The position numbers and the translations under genes were made by a program. DNA of 64,000 nt from Elusimicrobiota bacterium (GTDB lineage Bacteria > Elusimicrobiota > Elusimicrobia > F11), in assembly GCA_022072025.1 (NCBI GenBank), contig JAJVIP010000017.1, positions 53,462 to 117,461 of the forward strand, read 5' to 3'. Positions within the stretch are counted from its first letter, which is position 1. Each line of letters begins with the position of its first letter. Below, piece by piece: positions 50,377-59,756 of this stretch. The notes below the pieces were generated by a model. The model worked only from the letters and a program-made list of their open reading frames with translations. It searched no databases and had not been told where the DNA came from.

Positions 50377-53300
50377 TAAACGGAGTTTAACCGGTTTAAT
50401 TTTAAATTTATCCCTACTCGCTGTGATGGCTCATGCAACTCCCTCTGACATTGCCGATTTAACAGCCACGACGGGTTCAAACCCCGGCACAGTGACTCTC
50501 AATTGGTCCGCCCCCAACGGCGGAGCCACTCGGTACATCATCAAATACGCTCCAAGTTCCTCTTTAATTTCAACGGAGTCCCAATTTTTATCCGCCTCTC
50601 ACATTGAGGCGCCCCCCATTAATGCACAAGCGCCAACGCCAGCCAGTGGGGGTTCACCCGAAACGCTGACGATATCAGGATTACAGAACGGGGTCGTGTA
50701 TTCATTCTCTATTAAATCGGAGGACAGCAGTTTGATTCGCTCCAATCTCTCCAATGGGGCCACCGCCATGGCCGCTGTTCCTTGCGCTGCGAACGCCAAT
50801 GACGGAAAAGGAAGCGGCGCCATTCTTCCAGCTTCTATCCCCAAAGGACAAGTCGTTCTAACCACCGTCACTTTCACGGTGGACCCGGCCGGAATCGGGA
50901 CCGGAGGAAAAATCTCTCTCCAAGTCCCAGATTTTTTCCCTTTTTTGAGCACCGCCACTTCGAACCAAGAATCCTCTGGATATATTTCTTACACCCACAC
51001 GGGAGGAGCCAACTTGGTTGTTTCCTCTCTCAGTGAACAAGTCATCACATTAAAAGTCGACTCGGGAAGTATGAGCAGCGGTGACCTTGTGAAATTCTTC
51101 ATCTATGCTCACATCTGTTATACCGGGAACAATTCATCCCTTCAATTTCGATTGGCCTCTCAACAAGGAAGTTGCGGAATCCTCAGAGAAATTGCCAGTC
51201 AACCCGTTGTCTCAATTACAAATGGGGGCCCCGCCTTTATTGCGTTTGACCCTTATGAGATTGTGGCGAAGGTCGATGCCATCACCTCTTTCAAAGTCGT
51301 TTCTTTTGATGGATGTGGATATCCAGTCAACTTGTCTCAAACAACAGCCTTTACATTGGAAACCTATCGATATGATTCGAATTCCTCCAATTATATTGTG
51401 GATAGTAACGCATCTCTTTCACTCTCTTCAGATATGTCCTCTTCAAACACCAACATTGGATCTGACATAACCAGCGGGCAATCGGAGAGAACCGCTTACT
51501 ATCGGATCACAACGGCCTCGGCCAAACCCAACTATATTGTATTGACCTACGATGATTTAACTCCACCTCACAACTCCATCTCCTATATCGCTTCAATTGT
51601 TCCACTCACTGTTGGAATTGCGTCAAGTTCAGTCGATAAAGGAACTCTCAATCAAACTCAAAAAACAGTCACCTTTGATCCAGGTAAAAATGAACGTGTT
51701 TATTTCAACTTTTCACTTCCCGAAAATCTTTCCTGGAAAATCATGATATCGAGCAATGGTTTTTCCTCTTTCACCTATATTATTTATGGGAATGGAAAAA
51801 ATGTTCGCACCTCCTGGGATGGGTATGCGGATCCGTCCCCGGGGGAACCTCCGCAAATTGCTCCAGCAGGAACCTATTCCATACGGATACAAATTGGGCC
51901 GGACATAAAAGATGAAACCTGTTCCGTGACTCTCCAATCAGCCGGCATTCAAGGGACGTTGGTAAAAGCGGGGACAGCAACCGCATTGGAAAACGTCGAT
52001 ATCGAATTTTTTGGACCCACGCCCCGCTACACCCGCTCTCGGACGAATGGAACCTTTGAAACGGGAGGGCTCAACTCAGGATCTTATAAGGTTCGGTTCT
52101 TTAAACCTGGTTATATTTTCAAGGAGGTTAATGCGACCGTAACTTCCGGCAACTCAACCAATTTGGGAACCGTTGAACTGACCGAAGCGGCTATTTTAAG
52201 GCTTTATTTCAGCCGTTCAGCTTCTGGCAGTCTGCCGGATATCAATGGATCAGTGCGTGCCTACAACTCTGATTATTCCAAACAATCCTTTGGGTCCGTT
52301 CGGTTTAGATCGGGAAGCACCACTTCAGATGCCGGCGATGATTGGAACTCGACTCCCACTCCTTATACCGACTTATATCTCGAACAAAATGTGGCCTATT
52401 CAGTCCAGGTTGAAATTCCCGGGTTTGCTCCCCTTACCTTCAGTAACACATTAACCTCCGCGGGTGTTACCACCAGCACTCCAACGTTGACGACAAAACC
52501 CACAATAGAGGGGACCGTAACCATTCCAGCGGGGGGGAATGCCCAAGGTCTTTGGATCTCTGTTGAAGCCGCAATTGATGCAAACGGAGATTTAAGTCCG
52601 GACTCTACGGATCCCTCCAACCGTTTATACGGTGGCAGCTATCTTCCACCCAATGAAACCACGGGAATTTACCGTGTTTTCGGATCGACCAATGCCAAAT
52701 ATGTGCTAACGGCATTTGCGCCGGGCTTCGTCCAGAGAAAAATCAATGTCACCGTCAATGGAAGCGATGTCAACAATGCCAATTTCCCCATTTTCAGCGA
52801 GGGGGGAAATATCTCAGGAACAATCACAGTGAATGGAGACTCCACCATTCTTGATGGCGATGACAACGATGGAAAATTTGAAATCCCCATCAATGCCTAC
52901 TCACCTTCAACCGGACGAGGTAGTTTCGCACAGATTGAGCTAAATGAAAATGCGTCCTCCACCAGCGGCGCATACCAATTAAAAGGACTGGAGGATGGAA
53001 TTTATAACGTCTCGGTTTACCAGTCGGGGTTTGGGTTGGTCCCCCCTGGACCCAAAAGCGTAACGGTATCCGGAGGAACCGGGACACTCAATCTCACTTT
53101 GGAACGCTTCAGCGGACAATTCACTGGGACCCTGACCTTGCCGACAGGCCAATCCAATTATGGCACTGTCGAAGTCGATGCCCTGTCGTTTAATCACTTT
53201 GGACAAGGAAGTCTGACTGGCGTCATTTCAGGGAACACCTATACCATCAGCAATCTCGGAACAGATTTTTACACCATTCGCGCTCGCTACCCCACGACAG

Positions 53301-56300
53301 GTTTGGTGGTCACCACCCAAGGGCAAGTTAAAAATGGAAGTACCACAACAAAGAATTTAGATTTATCAGGCGCCACCTATTCGGTCTCCGGCCGCGTCAC
53401 CTCATCAGCCAGCGCGCCGTACACACTTTCCTTTATTGTGAACAGATCCACTCCCACCCAAGCCTATACACCTTCGGGACCAAGCACCCTTAATGCCAAT
53501 CGAATAACGGCTCAAAGACTTCGCAACCGAGACTTTAATGATGGGGGCGGTGGCCCCAGTGGTGGGATTTTCTATGACCCCAAAGAATCATTCATTGGGT
53601 TCTACAACGCCAATGGAGATTACAGCATCAATGGACTCGCGGAGGGTTCGTATCGCCTGACCACAAACGGGGAAATGGATGGCGATCTTTCCAATGGGAA
53701 TGAAATCAGCAAATTGAACAAGGTTTTGTACGTGGGTCAAAATATGACCGGACAAAATTTCAACCTGACCGATGGATACAAAATCAGCGGTACGATTCGC
53801 GTTGCCAGTGGCCAATCAGAATCAGGCCGGAGCTTGAATGTTCAGGCGAGAGATAGTGAAGGGTCAACGGTCGCCCAACAATTTATTTATCTCTCGGGGA
53901 CTTCCGCTGAATTCTCTTTGACCCACATTCCACCAGGACAATATGTGGTAACGGTTTCAGATACCTATCCGAGAAAATATTCCTCTAAGGATCTCCAAGT
54001 TGAAATTATTTCCTCCGATATTTCCAACAAAGAGATCAGCTTGCTTAATTCGGGAATTATCCGAGGAAAATTACAAGTTAAGAAGTCCGGTATTGTTATC
54101 TCGGCCGCCAACTACTCTCAATATCTTTCCGAATCTTTTCGAATTGAAGCGAGAAGCAACCCTTACATTCCAGGTGGTTTTGGCCGAGCTGAAAACCCGA
54201 TCATTGACGCGAATGGATATTTCAATATCGCGGTCAATCCAGGGACTTACGACGTGGTATTGGGATTGGATGGAGGGATATCGGATTCCGATATCGCGCA
54301 AGGAAAAAAAGCCTTCGTTAATGTGACCAAAAGCGCCATTTCAGTCTCAGGAGGAGAAATCAAGGATTTGGGCGTGATTCCCCTTGATGAAGGAATTGAA
54401 ATGACCGGGACGGTGGTGGACGCCTCCGGCACGCCGCTCTCCAATATTCGGGTCGAAGCTGAAAAATCAAACCAATCCGGTCACAACGATGAACTTTTGG
54501 AAACCTTCACTGATTCAAACGGAAAATATGTGATGAGAGGAATCGATTCAACGGGAGCGCGTTATTATCATTTCTTTGCCGCGCCTCGTCCTGATCCATT
54601 TGATCAACGTTTCAGTGGGGATACAACAGCCTCCCGCTATGCGGAATCGATCAAAGGGCCGATAGATACTCAGAGCGTAACCGAAGTCAATTTCACACTT
54701 TCTTTGGCCAATAGCGGGATCACTGCCACCATTACCACCGCCGACTCAGGCGTTCCCCAGGTTCCCTTTGGTGAATCGGGGTCTCTACCTGGGGCCATCG
54801 CGATCCTCAACAAACAACCTGAGATTCCCGTCGATAACCCACTGGGAAATATTGAAGAATTTGTGAGTCCCAGCGGCACCCTCGATGTTAAAGGGCTGGC
54901 AGCGGGTGTTTATGATCTCTACATCCTGGCCAAGGGATACGGCAGCTACTCAAAGAAAAACATTTCAGTTTCGGAAGGGGAAACCGTTGATTTGGGGACC
55001 ATTGTTCTTCCCACGGGATACACCCTTTCAGGAAAATTGACAAAACCCAATGGAGACCCGGTGACCACCTCTGATGTTGAGGACATCATCGCGGCCAGAA
55101 ATAATTTCAACGAAATAGCCATTGCCCAGTTGGATCAAGATGCCTCCAACAACATCATCAAATACTCCATATCGGGCATTCAACCCAACAAGGCCTACTC
55201 GATTATTGGATTTGGTCGATCGAATTCCGTGAGCAATTTGGCCTCCGATATCACGTTAACATCGGACACGGAATTGGATCTTACTTTTGAAGCACCCGCC
55301 CCGGGTGTACTCAACCAAATTGTCAAAAATAACGATGGTAGTTTCACCTTGTTATTCAAATTTGAAGAAACGTTGAGGAATTCGGACATCGACATTTCCG
55401 GAACAATTGGAATTAAAGACGACAATGAAATTCTTTCATTGACATCAGGAAACAGCGCTCTTGGAGAAACCACCATTTCATCGGACAGAAAGGAAGTATC
55501 GACCACCTACACACCTGCTGGAGGAGAAACTTCTTTCACCCTTCGTGTAACCGCCACATTTGTTTCCCAAGACAGCGAAACCGGCGCGAATCAAACCATC
55601 GACACCACCTTCACCTTTTATGCCGGCGTGTCCAAACAAAACAGCGCCACGGTGAGCAATGCCAGCGGAGGCGAGGTGGATTTGTCACAGGCCAACGATT
55701 CCACGAGTTTCACGGCTCCGGCCGGATGGCAAGGAGAAGATGAAGACAGCGCTCCGCAAGTCACCTTGAAGGCCGCAGCAACCCAAAGCGAGTTGGAGAC
55801 CTCGGCCTCCATGGTGGGATCCAAACTGGGCGCGTTGAGGGTGGCTGAGAAATTGGGGCTTCATGCCTACCCAAGTGAGATGGCCAAAGCCATGTCCAAA
55901 CTCAAAAAATTGGACGTTTCACCTCTCAGCTCGTTCTATGACATCTTTTTACCGGCGGGCGTCAGTCACTTTTTCCCTGAAGGAAAAGAAGCGCGACTCT
56001 GTTTGAGTTACGACTCCAGCGCCACTGATCCCTATTCGCTGAACGTTTATTATTACAACTCAACCACCGATGAATATTTATTGGAGAGCGAAAACAAATC
56101 GGTGGATACGGTTAACGAAAAAATTTGCGTCAGCATATCCCACGCGTCCATCTTCACTGTTTTAAATTCAAGCGTTTCCATCATCACCGGAGATGGTTAT
56201 TCCGGAGAGTTATCGATAATTAATTTCCCCAATCCGTTCAATTTAAAATCGAAAACCGTGACCCTTCAAAACCCCGGTTCCGCCAGCGCGTCACAGGTGA

Positions 56301-56548
56301 TCGATGGAACCATGATCAAACTGAGCGTTCCCACCACCATTTCCGGGACGGCTGAAATCAGCATTTTCGATGTCACCGGCGCCCTGGTAAGAACAATAAG
56401 ACACAACGTCACCGGCGGTTCTCATTATTATCTGGAATGGGATGGACTCAACGAGCGAGGGCAAAAGGTCGCCTCCGGCACGTACATTGCGCGCTTAACT
56501 GTTGGTGGCGGGAACGAAAAATTCTTTAAGATGGCGGTGCTCAAGTGA
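50366..56548 (+). CDS. Giant cell-surface protein (about 2060 aa): Fn3, multiple CarbopepD-regulatory-like/Ig-like domains, and a C-terminal T9SS type-A-like sorting domain (Por_Secre_tail-like)
   Basis: Signal peptide LAVMAHA|T. Fn3-like TVTLNWSAPNGGATRYIIKYA. Repeated GxV.D..G.PL....V.. units. C-terminal NFPNPFN...ISIFDVTGALVRTI...WDGLNERGQKVASGTYIARL...KMAVLK. Confidence 0.7.
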   Translation: MIINKRSLTGLILNLSLLAVMAHATPSDIADLTATTGSNPGTVTLNWSAPNGGATRYIIKYAPSSSLISTESQFLSASHIEAPPINAQAPTPASGGSPETLTISGLQNGVVYSFSIKSEDSSLIRSNLSNGATAMAAVPCAANANDGKGSGAILPASIPKGQVVLTTVTFTVDPAGIGTGGKISLQVPDFFPFLSTATSNQESSGYISYTHTGGANLVVSSLSEQVITLKVDSGSMSSGDLVKFFIYAHICYTGNNSSLQFRLASQQGSCGILREIASQPVVSITNGGPAFIAFDPYEIVAKVDAITSFKVVSFDGCGYPVNLSQTTAFTLETYRYDSNSSNYIVDSNASLSLSSDMSSSNTNIGSDITSGQSERTAYYRITTASAKPNYIVLTYDDLTPPHNSISYIASIVPLTVGIASSSVDKGTLNQTQKTVTFDPGKNERVYFNFSLPENLSWKIMISSNGFSSFTYIIYGNGKNVRTSWDGYADPSPGEPPQIAPAGTYSIRIQIGPDIKDETCSVTLQSAGIQGTLVKAGTATALENVDIEFFGPTPRYTRSRTNGTFETGGLNSGSYKVRFFKPGYIFKEVNATVTSGNSTNLGTVELTEAAILRLYFSRSASGSLPDINGSVRAYNSDYSKQSFGSVRFRSGSTTSDAGDDWNSTPTPYTDLYLEQNVAYSVQVEIPGFAPLTFSNTLTSAGVTTSTPTLTTKPTIEGTVTIPAGGNAQGLWISVEAAIDANGDLSPDSTDPSNRLYGGSYLPPNETTGIYRVFGSTNAKYVLTAFAPGFVQRKINVTVNGSDVNNANFPIFSEGGNISGTITVNGDSTILDGDDNDGKFEIPINAYSPSTGRGSFAQIELNENASSTSGAYQLKGLEDGIYNVSVYQSGFGLVPPGPKSVTVSGGTGTLNLTLERFSGQFTGTLTLPTGQSNYGTVEVDALSFNHFGQGSLTGVISGNTYTISNLGTDFYTIRARYPTTGLVVTTQGQVKNGSTTTKNLDLSGATYSVSGRVTSSASAPYTLSFIVNRSTPTQAYTPSGPSTLNANRITAQRLRNRDFNDGGGGPSGGIFYDPKESFIGFYNANGDYSINGLAEGSYRLTTNGEMDGDLSNGNEISKLNKVLYVGQNMTGQNFNLTDGYKISGTIRVASGQSESGRSLNVQARDSEGSTVAQQFIYLSGTSAEFSLTHIPPGQYVVTVSDTYPRKYSSKDLQVEIISSDISNKEISLLNSGIIRGKLQVKKSGIVISAANYSQYLSESFRIEARSNPYIPGGFGRAENPIIDANGYFNIAVNPGTYDVVLGLDGGISDSDIAQGKKAFVNVTKSAISVSGGEIKDLGVIPLDEGIEMTGTVVDASGTPLSNIRVEAEKSNQSGHNDELLETFTDSNGKYVMRGIDSTGARYYHFFAAPRPDPFDQRFSGDTTASRYAESIKGPIDTQSVTEVNFTLSLANSGITATITTADSGVPQVPFGESGSLPGAIAILNKQPEIPVDNPLGNIEEFVSPSGTLDVKGLAAGVYDLYILAKGYGSYSKKNISVSEGETVDLGTIVLPTGYTLSGKLTKPNGDPVTTSDVEDIIAARNNFNEIAIAQLDQDASNNIIKYSISGIQPNKAYSIIGFGRSNSVSNLASDITLTSDTELDLTFEAPAPGVLNQIVKNNDGSFTLLFKFEETLRNSDIDISGTIGIKDDNEILSLTSGNSALGETTISSDRKEVSTTYTPAGGETSFTLRVTATFVSQDSETGANQTIDTTFTFYAGVSKQNSATVSNASGGEVDLSQANDSTSFTAPAGWQGEDEDSAPQVTLKAAATQSELETSASMVGSKLGALRVAEKLGLHAYPSEMAKAMSKLKKLDVSPLSSFYDIFLPAGVSHFFPEGKEARLCLSYDSSATDPYSLNVYYYNSTTDEYLLESENKSVDTVNEKICVSISHASIFTVLNSSVSIITGDGYSGELSIINFPNPFNLKSKTVTLQNPGSASASQVIDGTMIKLSVPTTISGTAEISIFDVTGALVRTIRHNVTGGSHYYLEWDGLNERGQKVASGTYIARLTVGGGNEKFFKMAVLK

Positions 56549-57459
56549 AGCGCTCCACATGGGGATTGATCCTGCTGCTTTTTTCTGCCCCATGTTTTGC
56601 GGTGGACAACAACGCGGGAACCAGTGGAGCGGCCTTCTTGAAAATCGGAGCGGGAGCCCGACCCACCGCCATGGGAGACGCCTTCGTGGCCATTGCCGAT
56701 GACGTGAACGCCCTTTATTTCAATCCAGGCGGACTGGCCCTCCAAGAGCAAAAAGAATTCACTGCGCTGCATACCCAATATCTTCAAGGACTCAATTACA
56801 ATTTTGCGGCGCTAAGCATCCCCACTAAAAATGGAGGTTGGGGAATTTCAGGTGCCACTCTTCAGACTGATGATATTGACCGTCGAGGCTCGGATGAATC
56901 GCTTACCGGATCTTTTCAAAATCAGGACGCTGGTTATGGACTCACTTATGCCCACAAAATAGGGGAACACAGTGGATGGGGGGGAACTCTCCGTTGGGTC
57001 AGGTCTGAAATTGACAATGCCTCTGCCTCTTCTTGGTCGGCCGACCTTGGAATCTTTAAACGATTTGAAAACAATCCATTAACCTTGGGGCTGGCCGTCA
57101 AACATATGGGGCAAAAATTAAAGTTCATAGAAGAAAGCGATCCGCTTCCGCTGACTATTGACGGTGGGGTGGGATATCGCCTTTTCAATGATAGATTCAC
57201 CATGGCCACCAATCTCAAAAAATCCCGCGATCGTAACTTAGAATTCGGACTGGGCTTTGAATGGCAAGACGCGGTCGCTGACAAGGTCCGTTATGCCACG
57301 CGCGTGGGTTTTAATGGAGCCAACACCGACGCTGAGGGGGCCAATGGAATCACATTGGGAGCAGGATTGGGCTATCGACAAATGGATTTTGACTTTGCCT
57401 GGGTCCCCTTTGGAGATCTTGGAAACACCTTCCGATACGCCGCCCACTTCAAGTTTTAA
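56545..57459 (+). CDS. FadL/TodX-like outer-membrane beta-barrel protein (possible PorV/PorQ-type partner)
   Basis: GTGA start/stop overlap with the giant gene. Signal peptide. The N-terminal GAGARPTAMGDAFVAIADDVNALYFNPGGLA matches the FadL-family GRAxSGEGAIADDAxNVSRNPA pattern. C-terminal F. Confidence 0.5.
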   Translation: MKRSTWGLILLLFSAPCFAVDNNAGTSGAAFLKIGAGARPTAMGDAFVAIADDVNALYFNPGGLALQEQKEFTALHTQYLQGLNYNFAALSIPTKNGGWGISGATLQTDDIDRRGSDESLTGSFQNQDAGYGLTYAHKIGEHSGWGGTLRWVRSEIDNASASSWSADLGIFKRFENNPLTLGLAVKHMGQKLKFIEESDPLPLTIDGGVGYRLFNDRFTMATNLKKSRDRNLEFGLGFEWQDAVADKVRYATRVGFNGANTDAEGANGITLGAGLGYRQMDFDFAWVPFGDLGNTFRYAAHFKF

Positions 57460-57491
57460 GGCCAAGTTGAAGTGGTATACTCCGGAGCCTT

Positions 57492-59522
57492 ATGGCCCTG
57501 GGGAAACCGATAAAAATATCCATTGCTCTTCCTTTGTTGATGCTCTTTGGTTTCACTGTTTGGGCCTCCTCCCGGCGCCCAGCACCCAAGCCATCTGATC
57601 ATAAAGAACAGCAAACTCCCAAATTAAGCTCGGAGGAGTCCGCTTCCGCTTCCACCTCTATGCAGGGGCCTCCTTCCGCCTACACCTCTCCTGTGATGCC
57701 CACGGGCGGATGGCCGGAATTGGCGATTTTTATTGCGGTCCACCCGGAAGGAAGCGCGGGAGATATCCTCGAATTTCTTGAAAACCAACCCAACCTCAAC
57801 CTCACCCTTATTTTTCCGCCTTCTTATTTCAACAACGAAACAAACCGCGATTTGTTAGGCGAATTTTCTCTTCGCCAAAGTTCAAAAACCCTAGAGGTGG
57901 CCCTTACTTTAGAGAACGAACCCAATTTGCCCCTATTGGACAATTTGAGTAACGCTGGAAACACCGTTCAAAAATGGGGTTTCAACTATGCCTGGCCTGA
58001 AGACGTGGCGGCGCAAATCGCCCGGGGAAGCGCTCGATATCAAAAAAGATGGGGGCATCTGCCTTCCGGTCTAACCCCACCCTATCTCAGTCTCACCGAA
58101 TCCGTGGTGAATACGGTAAAGAAATTTAGATTGAATTGGGTTTTGGGACGTCCCCAGGATCGGTGGGGAATTCGATTTTATGGAGGGACGACGCTGGTGA
58201 TTCCGCCGAAACCTCCCACCATTGATGAATTGACGCTGGGTGGAAAAGTATGGGCAGAAAAAATGGCGGATTGGACCTTGGGTTATCCATTTGTGTTCAT
58301 TGACACCACACAACTCGAAGATCCCAAAGCGGAAATTTATTACCTAGAAGAGGTCGTAAAAAAAATCACCCCCAAAAAACCTCAGCGGTTGTTCTTAACT
58401 GCAGAAACCTGGACTCAATCTCTGGGAGATGCTTTTGATCTTCCAAAAGATATCACCCCCTTTGAAAATGATTTTTCTTCTTGGGTCACATCCTCCCAAC
58501 AAAGACGCGCGTGGGCGGCTATTGCTGATGCGAGATTGGCCATCGAAACCTATCAAAAATCAGGACGAGCCAATCTGCAGAGACTGGACGCGGCCATAGA
58601 AGAAATGGCCAACGCTCAATCAGGCGAATTTTTACTCCGTTTGGGATCGATCGCTCCTCCCACAGGGCCTCTTTCAGACCGTCCGGTTGATGAACGAAAT
58701 TTCCTGGCAACACTGGGCAATGTTTACCGTCTTTGTGAAACGGCTGTTCCATCCAATCTCAACACCTGGTTTGCCACTCGATCCGCCATAAAGTCAACTC
58801 CCAAATCGGATTCAATGGAGGGCCCTTTTTTCATTGAAGGCCCCAACAGCCTCACCTGGAATGATTCCAAAAACGACGACGATGGAAATGGCAGTTACAC
58901 CTATCCCGTGGGCCCCTATCCCAAAGGAATGTTTGACTTAAAAGAATTAACTCTTTCTTGGAACGATGAAGAAATTAATATCACGGCCAGTGTTCAAGAA
59001 CCTTTTCTCGGAAAACCCCTTTCCGTTCTTCCGGCCATCGATCTCTATATCGATGTCAATCGCCTCCCAAACGCCGGCAGCACCAATGGACTGGGAGGTC
59101 GGGGAAAAACAAATACCGCTCGAGAGGCGGCCTGGGAATATGCCGTGGCGTTTTCGCCTCGCTCCGCGACGATCTATCAGTCCATCCCAGGAGAGTCGCC
59201 ACGAACGCTGGGTAAAAAATCGGTCGACGCCAGCGGGAAAAGTTTTTCAACCACTTTCCCGCGATCCCTTTTAAGAGGAGACCCAAGACAATGGAGATTC
59301 TCAGCTGGGCTCATGGGCATTGAGAACAGTCAAAAACAAGAAACACCGACTCCTGTTTCAATTGTCTACAACGCCACAGAAAAAAATTTTGGGGGCGCTC
59401 AAATCAAACAATCGGCGCCTTATATCGACATCCTCTCACCCTCAATTGAGGATCAAACAGATCGAATGAAGAGTCATTTTGAGGGGGGGCCCCTCAGCCT
59501 GCCGTTCGTTGAGGCTCAGTAG
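57492..59522 (+). CDS. Secreted protein with a glucodextranase-like C-terminal domain (likely a polysaccharide deacetylase/GH57-type enzyme)
   Basis: The C-terminal DDDGNGSYTYPVGPYPKGMFDLKELTL...IDLYIDVN resembles the glucodextranase C-terminal binding module. The N-terminal catalytic part is not identified. Confidence 0.4.
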   Translation: MALGKPIKISIALPLLMLFGFTVWASSRRPAPKPSDHKEQQTPKLSSEESASASTSMQGPPSAYTSPVMPTGGWPELAIFIAVHPEGSAGDILEFLENQPNLNLTLIFPPSYFNNETNRDLLGEFSLRQSSKTLEVALTLENEPNLPLLDNLSNAGNTVQKWGFNYAWPEDVAAQIARGSARYQKRWGHLPSGLTPPYLSLTESVVNTVKKFRLNWVLGRPQDRWGIRFYGGTTLVIPPKPPTIDELTLGGKVWAEKMADWTLGYPFVFIDTTQLEDPKAEIYYLEEVVKKITPKKPQRLFLTAETWTQSLGDAFDLPKDITPFENDFSSWVTSSQQRRAWAAIADARLAIETYQKSGRANLQRLDAAIEEMANAQSGEFLLRLGSIAPPTGPLSDRPVDERNFLATLGNVYRLCETAVPSNLNTWFATRSAIKSTPKSDSMEGPFFIEGPNSLTWNDSKNDDDGNGSYTYPVGPYPKGMFDLKELTLSWNDEEINITASVQEPFLGKPLSVLPAIDLYIDVNRLPNAGSTNGLGGRGKTNTAREAAWEYAVAFSPRSATIYQSIPGESPRTLGKKSVDASGKSFSTTFPRSLLRGDPRQWRFSAGLMGIENSQKQETPTPVSIVYNATEKNFGGAQIKQSAPYIDILSPSIEDQTDRMKSHFEGGPLSLPFVEAQ

Positions 59523-59555
59523 GCGAAAAGGTGGGATTTTAAAGATGGAATTGTT

Positions 59556-59628
59556 TGGAGCTGATCGGGATCGAACCGACGACCTCCTGCATGCCATGCA
59601 GGCGCTCTCCCAGCTGAGCTACAGCCCC
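59556..59628 (-). tRNA. tRNA-Ala (anticodon GGC), 73 nt, with the G3:U70 identity pair. No encoded CCA.
   Basis: Manual fold of the reverse complement GGGGCUGUAGCUCAGCUGGGAGAGCGCCUGCAUGGCAUGCAGGAGGUCGUCGGUUCGAUCCCGAUCAGCUCCA gives canonical D, anticodon (loop AUGGCAU) and T arms. Confidence 0.85.
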
Positions 59629-59680
59629 TCGAAGGCGGCGGAGAGTAACATATTTTGTGGAGAGCGTCCGCCGTGGCGGA

Positions 59681-59710
59681 AGGTCGTCGGTTCGATCCCG
59701 ATCAGCTCCA
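59681..59710 (+). repeat. Perfect 30-nt inverted copy of the tRNA-Ala 3' end (T-arm plus acceptor strand), followed by ACC
   Basis: 59681-59710 is the exact reverse complement of 59556-59585. There is no matching 5' half, so it is not a complete tRNA. Confidence 0.7.
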
Positions 59711-59756
59711 CCTTTCGCCTTTCATCCCGCCTCATTAAATCGGGACATCTTCCATC

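Noticed and set aside
59629-59712. Possible second complete tRNA, or a tmRNA, on the plus strand ending in ...CAGCUCCACC
   Set aside because: No 5' acceptor strand complementary to CAGCUCC and no D-arm could be found within 90 nt upstream. A tmRNA of normal length would overlap about 160 nt of the upstream CDS. Kept as an inverted partial tRNA copy only.
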